The translations under genes and the position numbers were made by a program. From contig OZ244803.1 of the NCBI GenBank assembly GCA_965220045.1, positions 2,074,913 through 2,138,912 of the forward strand: 64,000 nt of DNA, written 5' to 3'. This document shows positions 49,407 to 57,983 of this stretch, one piece after another. Source of the stretch: Chloroflexota bacterium (GTDB taxonomy: Bacteria > Chloroflexota > UBA11872 > VXOZ01). The notes beneath the pieces are model-generated. The model was not told the DNA's origin. It saw only the letters and a program-made list of their open reading frames with translations, and searched no databases. How positions within the stretch are numbered: position 1 is the first letter of the stretch; the number at the start of each line of letters is the position of its first letter.

Positions 49407-50165
49407 ATGAACGTTGACAAACGTCGCATCATGGCGGGCCTTCGAGAGCTTGGCGTCGTTCCCGGCGATCACTTGCTCGTCCACAGCTCCTTGCGCAGCT
49501 TTGGCTACGTTGCAGGGGGCGCCGACACCGTAGTCGATGCACTCCTCGAGACTGTTAGCGAGAGCGGCACCGTTCTCGTGCCCACGTTGACCTTCTCGAT
49601 CCTCAAGTCTTACCCGCATGTGTTTTCCGTGGAACGAACTCCGTCGTCTACCGGACGCATAACCGAGACTCTTCGTCAGCGTAAAGGGGCTTTGCGCAGC
49701 GCGCATCCCGTTTCTTCCGCCGCGGCCATTGGATCGCAGGCTGCTTTTCTCACCGCCGCACACCGGGATACGCCTTGCGGCCCAGACTCGCCATATTTCC
49801 GCCTGTACGAATTGGGCGGTAAGGTCGTCTTCTTTGGGGCGTCGCTCGGCAGCAATTCGGTCTTTCACTGCGCGGAGGAAATCGCCAGTCCTGCCTATTT
49901 GGGCTTCGCAACGATCGAGGATGCCATCGTGGAGCACATGGACGGCCGCCGGCACACCGTCACCGCCCGCCGTTACGACTGCTCTGATCGCGGGATTTCG
50001 CGCCACCTCGGCAATATGGAACCCATTTTTCTCGAGCGGGACCTTCTGCGCCGTGCCACGATCGGCCGGAGTAGGACGTACGTCATCAACGCGCGGGACA
50101 ACGTCGAGGTTTCGTGTGAGATCTTGGCGGAAGACCCAGGGTACATCCTTGCGCCGCTCAGCTAA
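49407..50165 (+). CDS. aminoglycoside N3-acetyltransferase-family (AAC(3)/Antibiotic_NAT) protein
   Basis: LRELGVVPGDHLLVHSSLRSFGYVAGGADTVVDALLE, TLTFS and HCAEE motifs. 252 aa from ATG 49407. Confidence 0.75.
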   Translation: MNVDKRRIMAGLRELGVVPGDHLLVHSSLRSFGYVAGGADTVVDALLETVSESGTVLVPTLTFSILKSYPHVFSVERTPSSTGRITETLRQRKGALRSAHPVSSAAAIGSQAAFLTAAHRDTPCGPDSPYFRLYELGGKVVFFGASLGSNSVFHCAEEIASPAYLGFATIEDAIVEHMDGRRHTVTARRYDCSDRGISRHLGNMEPIFLERDLLRRATIGRSRTYVINARDNVEVSCEILAEDPGYILAPLS

Positions 50166-50304
50166 CTACATATAGCTCATTCAACACTTTATGGAAACTA
50201 CATACTGTGCTATAGTGGTGACTGTCTAGTTCCGAGGCGGCTAGTTTGCTGGCAACTGCGTAGCCGGCTCGCGCAATCTATCTGTAGTCTGGGGAGGTAT
50301 GCCC

Positions 50305-50943
50305 ATGCGCTGCCCGCAATGCGCCAAGCATGACACCCGAGTGGTAGACAGTCGACCGGAAGAGATGAGCATCCGCCGCCGCCGCGAGTGCGGCAACTGC
50401 GGCCACCGCTACACCACGTATGAGCGTCTGGAAGTCCTCGCCTGTCCGCACTGCGAATCAATTGAATCCCGCGTCGCGTCCTACCAATTGTTGAGGGCCG
50501 GCTCGCGACGATTTCGCGAGTGCCTGCGCTGCGGCAGAGAGTTTACGACGACTGAGCGCGTGGACACTGTTCCGCTCACGGTAGTCAAGCGCGACGGCAG
50601 GCGCGAGGAGTTCAACCGGGGCAAGTTGCGGGACAAGATCAGCACGGCCTGCTGGAAGCGTCCGGTGAGTTCTGAGCAAGTGGGCAGCATCGTTGACGGC
50701 ATCGAACGCGACCTACTCGCACTGGGCGAGCCCGAAGTAGAGTCCACCGTTATCGGCGATAGGGTAATGCAGCGGTTGCGCGTTCTCGATGAGGTTGCCT
50801 ACGTGCGGTTTGCCTCCGTGTATCGCCATTTCGAAGACATCGACAGCATTGCCGAAGAGATCGCTGACTATCAGCAGTGGAAGCGGCGGCGCGCTCAGCC
50901 CGATCAAATTGCGCTGCTGCCGGAAGAAACGACCATCCCATAG
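50305..50943 (+). CDS. nrdR: transcriptional repressor NrdR with duplicated N-terminal zinc ribbon
   Basis: MRCPQC...CGNC, then a second CPHC...CLRC, then the ATP-cone (VVKRDGRREEFNRGKL ... VAYVRFASVYRHFEDI). ATG 50305 has GGAGG at 7-nt spacing. Confidence 0.9.
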   Translation: MRCPQCAKHDTRVVDSRPEEMSIRRRRECGNCGHRYTTYERLEVLACPHCESIESRVASYQLLRAGSRRFRECLRCGREFTTTERVDTVPLTVVKRDGRREEFNRGKLRDKISTACWKRPVSSEQVGSIVDGIERDLLALGEPEVESTVIGDRVMQRLRVLDEVAYVRFASVYRHFEDIDSIAEEIADYQQWKRRRAQPDQIALLPEETTIP

Positions 50944-51037
50944 GCTAGTCGCGGATGTTTTTCGAAATTGACTGCCAGATCGGGGCCCGCGAGTGCCGGA
51001 TTGTCAGCGCCCTAGCGTTTGAGTAGAAGTCCTTCCC

Positions 51038-51460
51038 GTGAAGCCCTCCCCCGTGCCCAACATTCTCTTCTATTGGTTGCCCCCACTCGTCTGGATGGCT
51101 CTCATCTACTACGGTTCCGCGCAACCCACGTTGCCGTCACTCACCCATAGCCTCCTCGATTCGCTGTTGAAGTACGGCGCGCACTTTGTAGAATACGCAG
51201 TCCTGGCGGCGCTCTGGTACCGTGCGATCTACTCGCGCTTTCCCCACCCGAAGATTCAGCCCTTGGCACTCTTGATTGTCGTCATCTACGCCCTCAGCGA
51301 CGAGTTCCACCAGTCATTCGTGCCGGGCAGAAGCGCCACGTGGCAGGATGTGGCCGTAGACGTGATTGGCGGTGCGAGCGCACTCCTCGTGTGGAATGTC
51401 GTGCACCAATGGCGCAACCGTACCCGCACGCCCCCCGCGGCGCGCCGGCAAGAACCCTAG
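51038..51460 (+). CDS. VanZ-family membrane protein
   Basis: Four TM helices and the motif SDEFHQSFVPGRSATWQDVAVDVIGG. GTG start. Confidence 0.75.
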   Translation: MKPSPVPNILFYWLPPLVWMALIYYGSAQPTLPSLTHSLLDSLLKYGAHFVEYAVLAALWYRAIYSRFPHPKIQPLALLIVVIYALSDEFHQSFVPGRSATWQDVAVDVIGGASALLVWNVVHQWRNRTRTPPAARRQEP

Positions 51461-51473
51461 CCCTGTCTACCGC

Positions 51474-52877
51474 CTACTTGCCAATGCAAAAATCGGCAAA
51501 GATGCGGTCCAGCAGATCTTCCGTCGCGCTTTCGCCGGTGAGTTCTCCCAGGGCATTCACCGCAGCGCGCAGACCAATGCAGGCAAAGTCCTCCGGCAAC
51601 TGTTCGACCGCGGCTTGGCGCGCTTCCCTGAGCGCCGTTTGCGCCTCCTCCAGAACCTCCCGATGCCGGAGCGAGGTAATCACGGCGCCGTCGCTGGGCA
51701 GCCCTCCTTTCAACAGCAAGTTGCTGATTCTCGCGCGCAACTCCGCCAGGCCGTCAGGGGTGACTGCAGAGGTGTGCACGACCACGGCGCCGTTCACCAG
51801 ATCCTGCACGTCACTTGGCAGAAGGGCTTTCGCCTTGTCGGCCTTATTCAGTGCGACGACTGCCACTTGGTCTGAGCCTGGGGCACAAGCGCTGTTCACT
51901 TCGGCAATTACGTCCTGGTCTGCCGGCTGTAACGGCATGCTGCCGTCCAAGACGAGGATCACAAGGCGGGCAGCAGCCAGCGATGCCCGGCTCCGTTCAA
52001 CGCCGATCTTTTCCACCGCATCATCGGTAGTAGCAATTCCCGCCGTATCCGCCAACACGAGCGGTATGCCGCAAATGTCAACCGTTTCCTCAAGTACGTC
52101 GCGCGTCGTCCCGGGTATATCGGTGACGATTGCCCGGTCGGCAGACAAGAAGGCGTTGAGCAGGCTCGACTTGCCGACATTCGGGCGGCCCACGAGCACG
52201 GCAGGCACGCCCTCGCGTACCAGTGCGCCGTTCTGAGCCGTCGCGAGCAATGCATCCAAGGCGGTCAGCGCTTCTTCAATGGATGCTGCCACTTCATGCG
52301 TGGGAACAGCGGGCACGTCGTCCTCGCTAAAGTCGATATTGGCCTCCAAGCGCGCCAATAGCCCCAGCACCTGTTGGCGCAATGCCTGCACTTGACGGGA
52401 CAGGCGACCCTCCAACTGACTGAGCGCGAACGACACGCCCTTGCCCGTGCGAGCGCGCACCACGTCCATCACCGCCTCTGCCTGGGCCAGATCGAGTTTC
52501 CCGTTGAGAAAGGCGCGCAGCGTAAACTCTCCCGGCCGCGCCAAGCGCGCGCCTTGCGCTACGAGCATCGCCAGGACGTGGCGCAGCACGGCGGGGCTGC
52601 CGTGGCAGGAAAACTCTACGACGTCCTCTCCCGTGTACGACTGCGGGCGCCGCATAAAGGTGCAGAGCGCCTGGTCGAGCCGTTCGTTGGTAGCCGGGTC
52701 GACGACGAATCCGATATACGCCCGGTGGCTCTGCCATCCGCACGGTTTCTGTGGTCGATAACAGCGCCGGCCAATGGCGAGCGCCTGGCTGCCGCTCAGC
52801 CGTACGATGCCGATCGCGCCTTCACCCGGCGGCGTCGCCACGGCAGTAATAGTATCGTCAAGGTCTACCCGTGCCAT
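51474..52877 (-). CDS. mnmE: tRNA modification GTPase MnmE
   Basis: IAAVATPPGEGAIGIVRLSG-like N-terminus, G-domain GRPNVGKSSLLN and DTAG, C-terminal FCIGK. Confidence 0.95.
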   Translation of the reverse strand: MARVDLDDTITAVATPPGEGAIGIVRLSGSQALAIGRRCYRPQKPCGWQSHRAYIGFVVDPATNERLDQALCTFMRRPQSYTGEDVVEFSCHGSPAVLRHVLAMLVAQGARLARPGEFTLRAFLNGKLDLAQAEAVMDVVRARTGKGVSFALSQLEGRLSRQVQALRQQVLGLLARLEANIDFSEDDVPAVPTHEVAASIEEALTALDALLATAQNGALVREGVPAVLVGRPNVGKSSLLNAFLSADRAIVTDIPGTTRDVLEETVDICGIPLVLADTAGIATTDDAVEKIGVERSRASLAAARLVILVLDGSMPLQPADQDVIAEVNSACAPGSDQVAVVALNKADKAKALLPSDVQDLVNGAVVVHTSAVTPDGLAELRARISNLLLKGGLPSDGAVITSLRHREVLEEAQTALREARQAAVEQLPEDFACIGLRAAVNALGELTGESATEDLLDRIFADFCIGK

Positions 52878-52970
52878 TCCCTACCTCTGGCAGCAACCAA
52901 GCTCTCGGCGCACAGGGGTGCAGAAAGTCAGGTTGGTGTTTCACGCTACGCGAGATCGCGTCCGCCGGCA

Positions 52971-53534
52971 TCAGCTAGTGCGGAGTGAGGCATCGACGCC
53001 GAGATCGCCGATTGTGTAGATGGACTGATAGGCGTAGCCGGCGGCGGCTATGGCAGCAGCCCCGCCCTGCAGGCGATCGACAAGGGTCCAAATGCCGGTT
53101 ACCACACCGCCCGCCTCCGTAACCGCCTCCGCGGCGCGCAACACGGAGCCGCCGGTCGAAACCGTATCCTCCAGGATCGCTACGCGCATGCCCGGCTGCA
53201 AAGGACCTTCCACCTGCTTTCCGGCGCCGTGCTCCTTCGCCTGGCTGCGCACGATGAGAGCGGCAAGCGGCGTATTTGCGGTGAAACTGGCAACGGCAAC
53301 CGCGGTCACTACCGGGTCTGCGGCCACCGTCATGCCGGCAACGGCGTCGGGCAAGGGCTGGCCCAAGGCCCGCAACATCACGCGCCCGGTCAAGAATGCG
53401 CCTTCCGCGGAAAGCGTCACGAGACGGCAATCAACATAGTATTTTGCCCGCTGGCCGGAGCTGAGGATAAAGTCCCCCACCGTGACGGCTTCTGTCTGCA
53501 GTAACGCGCGTAACCGTTCTCGTTCAGTCTCCAC
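52971..53534 (-). CDS. pyrE: orotate phosphoribosyltransferase
   Basis: FILSSGQRAKYYVDCR and the PRTase motif VAILEDTVSTGGS. GTG start preceded by GGAAGGGGA. Confidence 0.9.
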   Translation of the reverse strand: METERERLRALLQTEAVTVGDFILSSGQRAKYYVDCRLVTLSAEGAFLTGRVMLRALGQPLPDAVAGMTVAADPVVTAVAVASFTANTPLAALIVRSQAKEHGAGKQVEGPLQPGMRVAILEDTVSTGGSVLRAAEAVTEAGGVVTGIWTLVDRLQGGAAAIAAAGYAYQSIYTIGDLGVDASLRTS

Positions 53535-53744
53535 GGAGATCCCCTTCCGCGTCTAAGGTGTTCAGAGTCACTAACGATTTTAGCCAGCCGTCACAACCCT
53601 GACCAGAGCCGCCTATCGTCGCGAAGTTCCGAGCATTGTTCGTGCCGGCATCCGGAGTGAATTCTGCAGCAAGTGGCTGGACTTTGAAAGCCCAGGCAGC
53701 ATCCCTGCAACCAATTGCCTGATCGAGGCATCTTGCCAATCCGG

Positions 53745-53774
53745 TTGACATGTGCTGAATTGCCGTCAGACAAT
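53745..53774 (+). promoter_or_regulatory. candidate sigma70-type promoter for the HAD hydrolase gene
   Basis: TTGACA (53745-53750), 18 nt, GACAAT (53769-53774). Motif match only. Confidence 0.3.
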
Positions 53775-53832
53775 ACAGCAAACCCACGAACGCAAGCATC
53801 CCCGGTTTCAACACGGCATCCACTGGAAAACT

Positions 53833-54546
53833 ATGGCACAAGACTCGCTCAAGGGCATATTCTTTGACTTAGGCGGCACCCTGACATCAGCCTATCCCTC
53901 GGTAACTGAACACATAGTGCAGACCCTCGCTGATCTTGGGCATCCGCTGCCCCACCGCGACGTGGCGAGCGCGGCGGCTTCGCTCTCGCTTCGATTCGAG
54001 GATCCCAGGAACCGCGGGTGGTCGCTAAGCCATGAGCGCTCCTTTGCCTTTTGGAATCAGTATTACCGTGATCTCCTGGAAATCCTCAAAATCCCACGGG
54101 CTGAACGCGCAAATTTCGCCTTGCGCATCTACGAAAAACTGAGCAGGCCGCAGGGCTACGCGCTCTATCCCGATGTGATACCGGTGCTGGAACGCTTGGC
54201 GGCGGAGGGATATCGGCTGGCGCTGGTCTCCAATTGGGAAGCCTGGGGCGCGGAGCTCGTCGACTATCTGGGCATCAGCCGCTACTTTCCCACGCAGGTG
54301 CTCTCGGGTTGTGTCGGTGTGGAAAAACCGGACGCGGCAATATTCAGGCTTGCCCTCGAACAGGCGGCTCTGCCGCCCGAGCAAGTTCTCTTCATCGGTG
54401 ACATAGTGGAACTTGACATCGAACCCGCCGAGGCCGTCGGCATGCAGGCGGTCCTGATCGATCGCCATGCCGAGAGGAGCGCCCAAGACCCTGCATGCAT
54501 CCGCTCTCTCCATGAGTTGCACGACCACGAATTCTTGCAACGCTAA
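53833..54546 (+). CDS. HAD-superfamily hydrolase (subfamily IA-like)
   Basis: GIFFDLGGTL (DxG variant of motif I), LVSNW and FIGDIVELD motifs. ATG 53833. Confidence 0.75.
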   Translation: MAQDSLKGIFFDLGGTLTSAYPSVTEHIVQTLADLGHPLPHRDVASAAASLSLRFEDPRNRGWSLSHERSFAFWNQYYRDLLEILKIPRAERANFALRIYEKLSRPQGYALYPDVIPVLERLAAEGYRLALVSNWEAWGAELVDYLGISRYFPTQVLSGCVGVEKPDAAIFRLALEQAALPPEQVLFIGDIVELDIEPAEAVGMQAVLIDRHAERSAQDPACIRSLHELHDHEFLQR

Positions 54547-54604
54547 GCATGTGTATTTGGCTAAAGTGCGCTTACGCTGCAATATTGAAATTCACCAACA
54601 AGCC

Positions 54605-54827
54605 GTAGCGCGGGGGCTTGTCCCCAATGCTGTCACATTAAGTGGATGTCTTCAGTTTTCTCCGTTCGTGCTGAGGGCTTCACGGAAGCCCTTGTCGAAA
54701 CGCAATCGGAGCGTAGAATGCCCAAGACCGACGATTTCGTGCCTGAGCCGTTCGCCCTGAGCTAGGTCGAAGGGTGAACGGCTCAGGCACGGGCTTAAAT
54801 GCGACACCAATGGGGCTTGTCCCCCGC
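54605..54827. repeat. MITE-like element copy B (about 223 bp), inverted relative to copy A
   Basis: Ends are gtagcgcgggggcttgtccccaatgctgtcacattaa and ttaaatgcgacaccaatggggcttgtcccccgc. The interior is the reverse complement of 7145-7315 (for example gtggatgtcttcagttttctccgttcgtgctgagggc versus gccctcagcacgaatggagaaaactgaagccatccac). Confidence 0.85.
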
Positions 54828-54944
54828 CTCTTCGCGCCAAGAGTAAACAAGGTCTCAAGCAGGAGTTTAGTACCGGTAAGCGCAGCGAGACGATAAGGAA
54901 GAGAAGAAAGCATTTCCATACCGGTAGCGCAAAGGCAGCCAAAA

Positions 54945-57302
54945 GTGGCACGCGATCTTACCGACATCCTGAAGTCGACGTTTGGGCACGATAGCTTCTT
55001 ACCCTTGCAGAGAGAAGCCATCGAAAACGTCCTGGCCGGCCGGGATTCGCTGGTTCTCATGCCCACCGGCGGCGGCAAGTCATTGTGCTACCAATTGCCC
55101 GCTCAGTGCTTGGAGGGCATGACGCTTGTGATTTCGCCACTCATCGCGCTGATGCAGGATCAAGTTGACGCCTTGAAAGCGCGCGGCATTTCCGCGGCGT
55201 TCATCAATAGCACACTCACCGCCGCTGAAGCGCGACGCGTGCAAGTCAGTGCTCACAGGGGCCAAATCGGTCTTCTGTACGTTGCGCCCGAGCGCGTCGT
55301 AACGGCATCGTTCCGCGACTTCCTGCACTCTTTGAAACTCAGCCTCATCGCAATCGATGAGGCGCACTGCATCTCCGAGTGGGGACACGACTTCCGACCT
55401 GACTACCGAGCCCTGCAGGTGCTACGCAGCAACTATCCAACGGTCCCGGTGATTGCGCTCACGGCCACCGCGACGGAGCGCGTCCGGCAAGACATTGTCA
55501 ACCAACTCCGCATGCCCGACGCCAACCAGTTCGTCGCCAGCTTCAATCGTCCAAATCTGACCTATCACGTTAGACCGAAGCGGCGGAGCTTTGAGACTCT
55601 GCTCGATTTATTGGGAAAGCACCGGGATAGCCCTGCAATCATCTATCGATTTTCACGGCAGAGCACCGAAGACTTGGCTGCCGAATTAGCGGCGCACGGC
55701 TTCAATGCATTGCCCTATCACGCCGGGCTTGAGGACGATTTGCGCAGGCAGACACAAGAGGCCTTCCTGCGCGATGACGTGCCCATTATCGTTGCGACAA
55801 TCGCGTTCGGTATGGGCATTGACAAGCCGGATGTCCGTTTGGTTGTACATTACGACCTCCCCAAGACGATAGAGGGCTACTATCAAGAGACCGGCCGCGC
55901 CGGGCGCGACGGCCTGCCCAGCGAGTGCGTGCTCTTCTATTCGTACGGCGACAAGATCAATCAGGAGTACTTCATAAACCAGATCGAGGATGACTCCGAG
56001 CGCGCTAACGCCAAAGAGAAGCTCGCCCAGATGGTCGCGTACGGCGAAACCGGAACCTGCCGCAGAGAATTCCTGCTTGCTTACTTTGGCGAAGAGTGGC
56101 AAGAAGAAAACTGCGGCGCGTGCGACGTGTGTGTTGCCAAGGCAGAGCCGCACACCGCCGCGCACACGTATGACGGCACCGAAATTGCACTGAAGGTGCT
56201 ATCTACCGTCGTACGGACCGGCGAACGCTTTGGCGCCAACCACGTCGTTAAGGTATTGCGCGGCAGCCGGGCGCGGCTAGTCCGACAATTCCGGCATGAT
56301 GAATTGCCCGTCTACGGCATCGCGCGCGACTTTACCAGAGACGGCCTGCAGGATGTCATCGAGCAACTCATCGACCAGGAATTTCTGGCACGCAGCACGA
56401 GCGGCAGCTACCCGACACTCTGTGTTACGGCCAAAGGGAGGTCTCTCATTCAGAATCGGGATACCGTCATGCTTGCCGGCAGCACGGTGCCTGGGGCAGA
56501 TGCGGCAGACGCACCCGATCACGGTTTATTCGAGAGGCTGCGCGCTCTGCGGCAAGAAATCTCTTCTGAAATAGCAGCCCCGGCATTCACGGTATTTCCC
56601 GATGAAACGCTCAGGCAAATGGCGGTCCATCAACCGGGGGACGACGCAGCGCTGCTGCGCATCAAAGGGGTAGGGCCCAGAAAGCTCGAGCAATTTGGCG
56701 AACGGTTTCTCGCAGTGATAGCAGAGCACCGCAAACAGCACGGCACTGCCGACTCGTCCTCACCAGTTGAGGCAGCACAAGAGCGTCCGGCAAGCGCACA
56801 CCTGGACCAGACACGCACGTCCTACCCACGCGCCTATGAGAGGTGGCAACCGGAGGAAGAAGAGCGGCTCCAGAGCCTGTTCACGGCGGGCCGCTCGATA
56901 CCGGACATCGCGTTGGAAATGAAACGGCAGCCTTCGGCAATTGCATCGCGCCTCCGCGTACTGGGGTTGGCTCCCGATAATCGCTTAATGCTTAGCGCTA
57001 CGGAACAGCAAACGTTAGACTTAGTGCGCCGGAACTTGAGCATTCAGGATATCGCTAGGGAGCGCCAGCTTTCGCCGGGAACGGTGCTTGCACACATGGA
57101 GCGCATTGCCGAAACGAACGAGGTTATGGACATTAGCCACATGCTGCCTGCGCCGGATCGCTGCGAGCGCATTGCGGAGGCCTTTGGCAACTCGGAGAGT
57201 GACTATTTGCTGGCGCCGGTGAAGGAACGGCTGGGTGAAGATTTCACGTACGAAGAACTGCGGCTCGTACGCATTCAGTTGCGCCAGGGTAAACCGGCTT
57301 AG
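54945..57302 (+). CDS. recQ: ATP-dependent DNA helicase RecQ with C-terminal HTH extension
   Basis: FGHDSFLPLQREAI, MPTGGGKSLCYQLPA, DEAHCISEWGHDFRPDY, the Zn-binding CRR...CGACDVC, an HRDC-like region, then about 185 extra residues. GTG start. Confidence 0.9.
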   Translation: MARDLTDILKSTFGHDSFLPLQREAIENVLAGRDSLVLMPTGGGKSLCYQLPAQCLEGMTLVISPLIALMQDQVDALKARGISAAFINSTLTAAEARRVQVSAHRGQIGLLYVAPERVVTASFRDFLHSLKLSLIAIDEAHCISEWGHDFRPDYRALQVLRSNYPTVPVIALTATATERVRQDIVNQLRMPDANQFVASFNRPNLTYHVRPKRRSFETLLDLLGKHRDSPAIIYRFSRQSTEDLAAELAAHGFNALPYHAGLEDDLRRQTQEAFLRDDVPIIVATIAFGMGIDKPDVRLVVHYDLPKTIEGYYQETGRAGRDGLPSECVLFYSYGDKINQEYFINQIEDDSERANAKEKLAQMVAYGETGTCRREFLLAYFGEEWQEENCGACDVCVAKAEPHTAAHTYDGTEIALKVLSTVVRTGERFGANHVVKVLRGSRARLVRQFRHDELPVYGIARDFTRDGLQDVIEQLIDQEFLARSTSGSYPTLCVTAKGRSLIQNRDTVMLAGSTVPGADAADAPDHGLFERLRALRQEISSEIAAPAFTVFPDETLRQMAVHQPGDDAALLRIKGVGPRKLEQFGERFLAVIAEHRKQHGTADSSSPVEAAQERPASAHLDQTRTSYPRAYERWQPEEEERLQSLFTAGRSIPDIALEMKRQPSAIASRLRVLGLAPDNRLMLSATEQQTLDLVRRNLSIQDIARERQLSPGTVLAHMERIAETNEVMDISHMLPAPDRCERIAEAFGNSESDYLLAPVKERLGEDFTYEELRLVRIQLRQGKPA

Positions 57303-57347
57303 GGCCATGTCATCAGACACCGTCTGACTAAGGATGAAGGAAGACCC

Positions 57348-57923
57348 GTGAGCGACGATACGCAAGACGATGGACGCCCGCCGCTGGGCTGGAAACTCAT
57401 CGACTCGAAGGTTGTCTTTAGCGGCCGCTTCCCGGTACGGGAGGACGTCCTGGAAGCGGAGCTAGACGGTAGACGCATGCTGTATACCTACCTGGACATT
57501 CGCCGGGATGCGGTTGCCGTGCTTGCGCTCACCGACGCAGACGAAGCCGTGCTCGTGCGCCAGTACCGCCACCCGTTGCGCCGCACGACGTTGGAAGTGC
57601 CCGCGGGAGCGCTTGATCCGGATGAAGACCCTGCGTCGGGCGCACGGCGCGAGTTGGAAGAGGAGACGGGGTACCGGGCCGGCAAGATGCGACCGTTGGG
57701 ACTCTACCATCCCAGCACACCCCTGCTGCCGCTCAAAATGCGTCTTTACTTCGCAACCGAACTTGTCTATCATGCACCACAGCGAGATGAATTCGAGATT
57801 ATGCAGGTCGAGCTCGTGCCCGCAAGAGAGATCTTGCAGCAGGTGCTCGACGGCAAGCGACCGGAGGCGGCGTTGACCGTTAGCGTGCTTCTCGCCGCTC
57901 AACGCGGTTGGCTGCCGGATTAA
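57348..57923 (+). CDS. NUDIX hydrolase (ADP-ribose pyrophosphatase-like)
   Basis: Nudix box GALDPDEDPASGARRELEEETGY. 191 aa, GTG start. Confidence 0.8.
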   Translation: MSDDTQDDGRPPLGWKLIDSKVVFSGRFPVREDVLEAELDGRRMLYTYLDIRRDAVAVLALTDADEAVLVRQYRHPLRRTTLEVPAGALDPDEDPASGARRELEEETGYRAGKMRPLGLYHPSTPLLPLKMRLYFATELVYHAPQRDEFEIMQVELVPAREILQQVLDGKRPEAALTVSVLLAAQRGWLPD

Positions 57924-57983
57924 GTACGTTTCTAATGGCCGCGTTTGCCCGTAGCAGCGGTGCCCTATGCTTGGGAATGCCAG

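Noticed and set aside
51340-52236. 298-aa plus-strand ORF
   Set aside because: Antisense to mnmE and overlapping the end of the VanZ gene out of frame. Ser/Arg/Thr/Ala-rich shadow composition.
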